DNA from: a virus | IMG/VR virus record: IMGVR_UViG_3300048906_000023 | Span: 1 to 48,014 of that record | Length of the DNA: 48,014 nucleotides | Reading direction: 5' to 3' (one strand) | Part shown: positions 44,301 to 48,014 of the stretch, in pieces | How positions within the stretch are numbered: position 1 is the first letter of the stretch | Layout: each line of letters opens with the position of its first letter | The notes under the pieces: model-generated | Database searches by the model: none | What the model saw: only the letters and a program-made list of their open reading frames with translations | What the model was told of the DNA's origin: nothing | Made by a program: the position numbers and the translations under genes

Positions 44301-44841
44301 CACGCGCAACGCCGCCGTAACCGGAATCGACGATATCGTCAAAGGGCTGGACAAGCTCTCTGATATGGCCGCCCCGGTGATGCGCGCGATGGGTGCTGCG
44401 ATGGGTAACGAGGTGCGTGACGAAGCCATCGAGCGCGCGCCGATCCTGCAGCCCGGTAACGAGGGTTTCGACAACCAGCGTCGTAACCAGCTCAAGGAAG
44501 CGATCTATAACGCTTTCGACGGCCGCCGGTCGATCCTCGGCGCGCACGTCGTCTATGGTGTCTCGTGGAATCGCAGGAAGGCCCCGCACGGCCACCTGTT
44601 GGAGTTCGGTCACCGCATGCCATTCGAGCCCGCGCTCTCCCACGGGAAGTGGTTCACGCCGATTCGCGGCGTCCAGCGCGTTGACGGTCGTAAGAGGGGC
44701 GTGGGAACCCCGCACTCGAAGGCCGGATATTTCATCAAGGCTCAGCCCTTCCTCGGCCCGGCGTTCGATGCCAAGTTGCCGAGACTGAGCGCAATCGCCG
44801 CTGCTGCAGGCGCAGTAGCGTTTTCCGACGCCATGCGCTAG
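44293..44841 (+). CDS. HK97 gp10-family neck/tail-completion protein
   Basis: N-terminal ...AVTGIDDIVKGLDKLSDMAAPVMRAMGAAMGNEVRDEAIERAP pattern. Confidence 0.7.
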   Translation: MASTRNAAVTGIDDIVKGLDKLSDMAAPVMRAMGAAMGNEVRDEAIERAPILQPGNEGFDNQRRNQLKEAIYNAFDGRRSILGAHVVYGVSWNRRKAPHGHLLEFGHRMPFEPALSHGKWFTPIRGVQRVDGRKRGVGTPHSKAGYFIKAQPFLGPAFDAKLPRLSAIAAAAGAVAFSDAMR

Positions 44842-44879
44842 GTTTATCATGGCGTCCTCTAACTCAATGAGGTACTGCC

Positions 44880-45293
44880 ATGGCTTCCGATGTCAAACTG
44901 AGCGTGCTCGCCAAGAACGCGATTCTCGACGCGCTGACCGCGCAGCTCGGCGCGGGTGCGCTGATCGACCTGTACGACGGCACCAAGCCGGCGTCTCCTG
45001 ACACCGCGGTGTCCACGCAGAACAAGCTCGTGACGCTGACCGGCGCCACGCCGTTCGCGCCTGCTGCTTCCGGTGGCGTGCTGACCGCGGGCGCCATCGC
45101 CAACGGTTCCGGCAGCGTGGCGGCGGGCAGCGGCAAGACGGCCACGTGGGCGCGAATCAGCACCAGCGGCGGCACCGCGAAAATTGACGTCACCGTCGCT
45201 GCGGCCGGCGCCGACCTCAACATCAACAACCCGAACATCGCGACCGGGCAGACCGTGAGCGTGTCCTCGTTCACGATCACCGCTCCGAACTAA
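44880..45293 (+). CDS. hypothetical virion-module protein (137 aa)
   Basis: ORF with a GAGG RBS; Ala/Gly/Thr-rich. Confidence 0.6.
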   Translation: MASDVKLSVLAKNAILDALTAQLGAGALIDLYDGTKPASPDTAVSTQNKLVTLTGATPFAPAASGGVLTAGAIANGSGSVAAGSGKTATWARISTSGGTAKIDVTVAAAGADLNINNPNIATGQTVSVSSFTITAPN

Positions 45294-45303
45294 GGGGAAC
45301 GCC

Positions 45304-46242
45304 ATGAGTCTCGGCGGACAACGACTGAAACAGCATCTTGTCGAATTCGTCCCCGGCGTGGGGATGGTGATCGACGGCGTCACCGACGCCACCACGACCA
45401 CCGGCCCGTGGAATTTCACCGTTCCCCGAGACGTGGCAAGGCTGGAAGACCTCGGCGGCGTGGGCGGTGGCGGTGGCGGTGGCGGTGGTTTCGGTTCCAC
45501 CGTAAGCCGTGGCGGCGCGGGCGGCGGTGGTTCCGGCCACTGCTTCAAGCTGCTGAATGAATCCGTCGTCCCCGGCGCGGTGCTGACGATCACCGTCGGC
45601 GCAGGCGGCAACGGTGGCGCGGTGGGCGCCAACGGCACGTCGGGCGGAACCACCATCATCGCTGGTATCCAACGTCCGCTCGGCGGCTCCGGTGGGTCGA
45701 GCGGGGCGATCCGCTTCCCTGGTGGTCAAGGTGCCGTGGCGCCCGTTGCCACCAGCGTGGGCACCGCAGGCGGCCAGGCCGGCAACTTCACCGGCACGGC
45801 TGGAACCGCGGGTGCTGCCGGTGCTGCCGGTGGCGCCAGCTCTCCGCCTGCGAACTTCACGCTCGACGAACGCGGAAGCCTGGCCGGCGGTGGCGGCGGT
45901 GGCGGTGGCGCGAACGCTTCCGGTTCCGTCGCGGGCGCTTCGGGCGGTATTTCCAGCGGCCTCAACTCGGCGTGGATCAGCTCTATCGCGTTCAACAACA
46001 ACGCGGCGGCTTTCACTGCGCTGCAGGGCACCGGCAACACCGACGGCACCACCAGTTACGGTGGTGGCGGCATGGGCGGGATCAACTTTTTCGGCCTGGG
46101 CGGCAAGGGTGGCAACGGCAACAGCGCTGGCGCTGCTCCGACCGTCGGTTACGGTGGCGGTGGTGGCGGTGGTGGCGGCAACGCTGCGGGCGGCAACGGC
46201 AATGCCGGTTACCTGAAGTTCACGTACTGGAGCATGGAGTAA
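45304..46242 (+). CDS. glycine-rich protein (312 aa, poly-G and GxGG tracts)
   Basis: ORF with an AAGGGGA RBS. The non-repetitive N-terminus and the C-terminus (GYLKFTYWSME) argue for real coding. Confidence 0.6.
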   Translation: MSLGGQRLKQHLVEFVPGVGMVIDGVTDATTTTGPWNFTVPRDVARLEDLGGVGGGGGGGGGFGSTVSRGGAGGGGSGHCFKLLNESVVPGAVLTITVGAGGNGGAVGANGTSGGTTIIAGIQRPLGGSGGSSGAIRFPGGQGAVAPVATSVGTAGGQAGNFTGTAGTAGAAGAAGGASSPPANFTLDERGSLAGGGGGGGGANASGSVAGASGGISSGLNSAWISSIAFNNNAAAFTALQGTGNTDGTTSYGGGGMGGINFFGLGGKGGNGNSAGAAPTVGYGGGGGGGGGNAAGGNGNAGYLKFTYWSME

Positions 46243-46592
46243 TGGCCCTCACCATCCCCTATGAAAATTCCGCCTCGATCAGCTCGACGGAATACAGCCT
46301 CGTCGCAGGATCGACGAGCCTTGCCACCATCACGAACGCGCCCGGCATCTATCAGTGCTGGCTCGACCTCAGCGCGCTGACCGCGACCGAGCAATACGAA
46401 CTGCTCGTGTACGAAGCAGTCGCGGCCGGCGGCACGAAGCGCGTGGCCCATCGTGAGCAACTGGCCGGCGTGTACCCGAACCCGACGCATGTGCTGCCGG
46501 GGCTGCAGCTCGCCAACGGTTTCGATTTCACCTTGCGCAAGGTGCAGGGCACCGATCGCACCATCGCGTGGTCGATCCGCAAGGCGGCGTAA
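46242..46592 (+). CDS. hypothetical virion-module protein (116 aa)
   Basis: TAATG coupling to the upstream gene; inner ATG of ORF 45972..46592. Confidence 0.55.
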   Translation: MALTIPYENSASISSTEYSLVAGSTSLATITNAPGIYQCWLDLSALTATEQYELLVYEAVAAGGTKRVAHREQLAGVYPNPTHVLPGLQLANGFDFTLRKVQGTDRTIAWSIRKAA

Positions 46593-47543
46593 ATGTTCTT
46601 CTTCACCCCTCAGCAGTCTGCAGCCGCCGCGTCCTCGCTGTCGCCTGTCACGGGTGACATCGCGTTCACGCTGGGCGGGTTCGGCGTGGCGATCGTCGCG
46701 ACTGATCCGGAGTCGAGTTCGATCGCGTTCACGCTGGGCAAGTTCGGCGTTGCGGTCGCAGCCACGTCCAGCGTAACCGGAACCATCGCACTGACGCTCG
46801 GCGGTTTCGGGGTGTCGATCGCCGCGACCGATCCAGAAGCCAGCTCGATCGCGTTCGGACTCGGCTCGTTCGGCGTGGCTGCGACGGCCTCCGTCGAAAT
46901 CGCCGGGGACGCCGTGATCCACGTGGGCGGGTTCGGCGTGGACATCGAGGCGAGCCAACCCGGTTCGACGTACATCGCGTTCACGCTGGGATCGTTCGGT
47001 GTCGCAGCGCAGGCCAGCGTTGAAGTCAGCGGGGATGTCCACGCCTTCCTTGGCGGCTTCACGGTGGACATCGAGGCGACCGTAACCGAGGATGACGAGC
47101 GCGACGCCGACATCGCTTTCACGCTGGGCGGCTTCCAAGTTCACATCGCGGCGAGCACCGACGCGCCCGTGCACCGCTACCTCTCCGAAATCATCCCGGC
47201 GATCCTCAACGAGCTGGTGGACGGCCGCGTGTGGCAGAACGCCACGCCTGATGACCTGGCGCGCTCGTCCACGGATCGCATCCTCCCGTTCATCGTGTGG
47301 CGACGGGTGGGCGGCCAGGACAGCGAGTACGTCGATCAGACGGCCAGCAACAAGCGCCACGCACGTGTGCAGATTCACAGCAACCATCCGAGCAGTCTCG
47401 GCGCCGACATGCTCGTGGAGAGCGTGATGCAAGCCATGTTGGCCGCGCCTTATACTGTCGGGGTCTACGGTTCTCCTGTTGGAGACTACGACGGCCCAAG
47501 GAAGCTGCACGCACCGTTTCAGCAGTTTTCCGTGTGGTTCTGA
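46593..47543 (+). CDS. DUF3168-type tail terminator/completion protein with an N-terminal 8x ~19-aa repeat domain
   Basis: The C-terminal ~125 aa (HRYLSEIIPAILNELV...LPFIVWRRV...) looks like DUF3168. The N-terminus carries eight IAFTLGGFGV-x-I-x-A(T/S) units. Confidence 0.6.
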   Translation: MFFFTPQQSAAAASSLSPVTGDIAFTLGGFGVAIVATDPESSSIAFTLGKFGVAVAATSSVTGTIALTLGGFGVSIAATDPEASSIAFGLGSFGVAATASVEIAGDAVIHVGGFGVDIEASQPGSTYIAFTLGSFGVAAQASVEVSGDVHAFLGGFTVDIEATVTEDDERDADIAFTLGGFQVHIAASTDAPVHRYLSEIIPAILNELVDGRVWQNATPDDLARSSTDRILPFIVWRRVGGQDSEYVDQTASNKRHARVQIHSNHPSSLGADMLVESVMQAMLAAPYTVGVYGSPVGDYDGPRKLHAPFQQFSVWF

Positions 47544-47574
47544 CATCCATCGTAACCAAAAGGAGCAATCGACC

Positions 47575-48014
47575 ATGTCTTCCGATTTCATCAACGGCAC
47601 GCGCTACGCCTTCAGCACGATCCTCGGCCCGGCGCTGGCGATCACCGCCATGACGAACGCGGCGCCGCCCGCGCTCACCTCGACCACGATGCCCGCCAAC
47701 GACGACATCGTGCTGCTGTCCATGGCGAGCTGGACGGACTTGAACGAAGTCGCCACCTATGCCGACAGCATGGGCCACCTGTTCGAGCTGGACACCACGA
47801 ACACCAAGTTCTACCCGACTGGCGAAGGCCAGGGCACGTACCGCGACGTGAGCGGCTTCACGACGCTGTCGCAAGTCCGTTCGGTCGACCAATCCGGCGG
47901 CGACGCCAACACGTTCACCTACAGCTACATCGAGGATCGCGGCAACCGCCAGCGCTCGAAGCCGACGGACACGAACCCGGTGGTGCTGACGTTCACGCTC
48001 GATCGTGATCCGAC
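47575..48014 (+). CDS. major tail (tube) protein, 5' part (continues at nt 128 of the window after the 127-nt overlap is removed)
   Basis: ATG with AAAGGAG 8 nt upstream. The frame is open to the window end and in phase with 3..347. Confidence 0.7.
   Translation, partial: MSSDFINGTRYAFSTILGPALAITAMTNAAPPALTSTTMPANDDIVLLSMASWTDLNEVATYADSMGHLFELDTTNTKFYPTGEGQGTYRDVSGFTTLSQVRSVDQSGGDANTFTYSYIEDRGNRQRSKPTDTNPVVLTFTLDRDP
47888..48014. repeat. terminal overlap, identical to 1..127
   Basis: Exact match read by eye. Confidence 0.95.

Noticed and set aside
45304-46242. The glycine-rich region as non-coding simple-sequence DNA.
   Set aside because: The frame stays open for 312 codons. There is a good RBS and non-repetitive termini, and the gene abuts its neighbours without gaps. 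It is retained as a CDS.

Overview
This window is a complete, GC-rich tailed-phage genome of siphovirus type with HK97-like head genes. It was assembled as a circle: nt 1-127 are identical to 47888-48014, so the unit length is 47,887 bp and the major tail gene spans the junction.

Layout:
- 47575->347: major tail protein.
- 434-1110: G/GT tail chaperones with a -1 frameshift site.
- 1139-4618: tape measure.
- 4624-9446: RcGTA-type distal tail module (DUF2460, DUF2163, NlpC/P60, host-specificity protein).
- 9446-12258: two tail-fibre genes, one carrying an SGNH esterase.
- 12255-18557, minus strand: replication block with small ORFs, an N-deoxyribosyltransferase-like protein, a B-family DNA polymerase, a DUF2815-like SSB candidate, a DUF2800 nuclease and a P/A-rich protein.
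- 18637-29673, plus strand: early/middle block transcribed divergently from the replication block. It holds a DEAH helicase, about 12 small translationally coupled ORFs, a VRR-NUC nuclease, a TetR-HTH/H1-like protein, a secreted GH5 glycanase and a prim-pol/D5 primase-helicase.
- 29664-30379: iteron plus AT-rich origin-like region, and a low-GC GIY-YIG homing endonuclease.
- 30376-32501: lysis cassette (GH19 endolysin, two holin-like proteins, overlapping i/o-spanins) and an HNH endonuclease. The spanin pair implies a Gram-negative host.
- 32452-34969, minus strand: inverted cassette that includes a DUF932 protein.
- 35194-35266: cluster of GTGAC palindromes.
- 35434-40981: terS, terL, portal, protease and major capsid protein.
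- 41083-43416: a three-gene glycosyltransferase island inserted after the capsid gene.
- 43435-47543: neck genes, interrupted by a glycine-rich protein and by an 8x repeat domain fused to the DUF3168 tail terminator.

I recognised no integrase, repressor, tRNA, CRISPR array or reverse transcriptase. All family calls rest on motifs read by eye, with no database search.

Best leads:
- the structural-module glycosyltransferase island;
- the secreted GH5 enzyme, which has a capsid-like translation start;
- the inverted DUF932 cassette next to the putative cos/operator palindromes;
- the over-represented CGTAAC/GTTACG motif family in intergenic spacers;
- the iteron-type origin candidate;
- the neck-module insertion.
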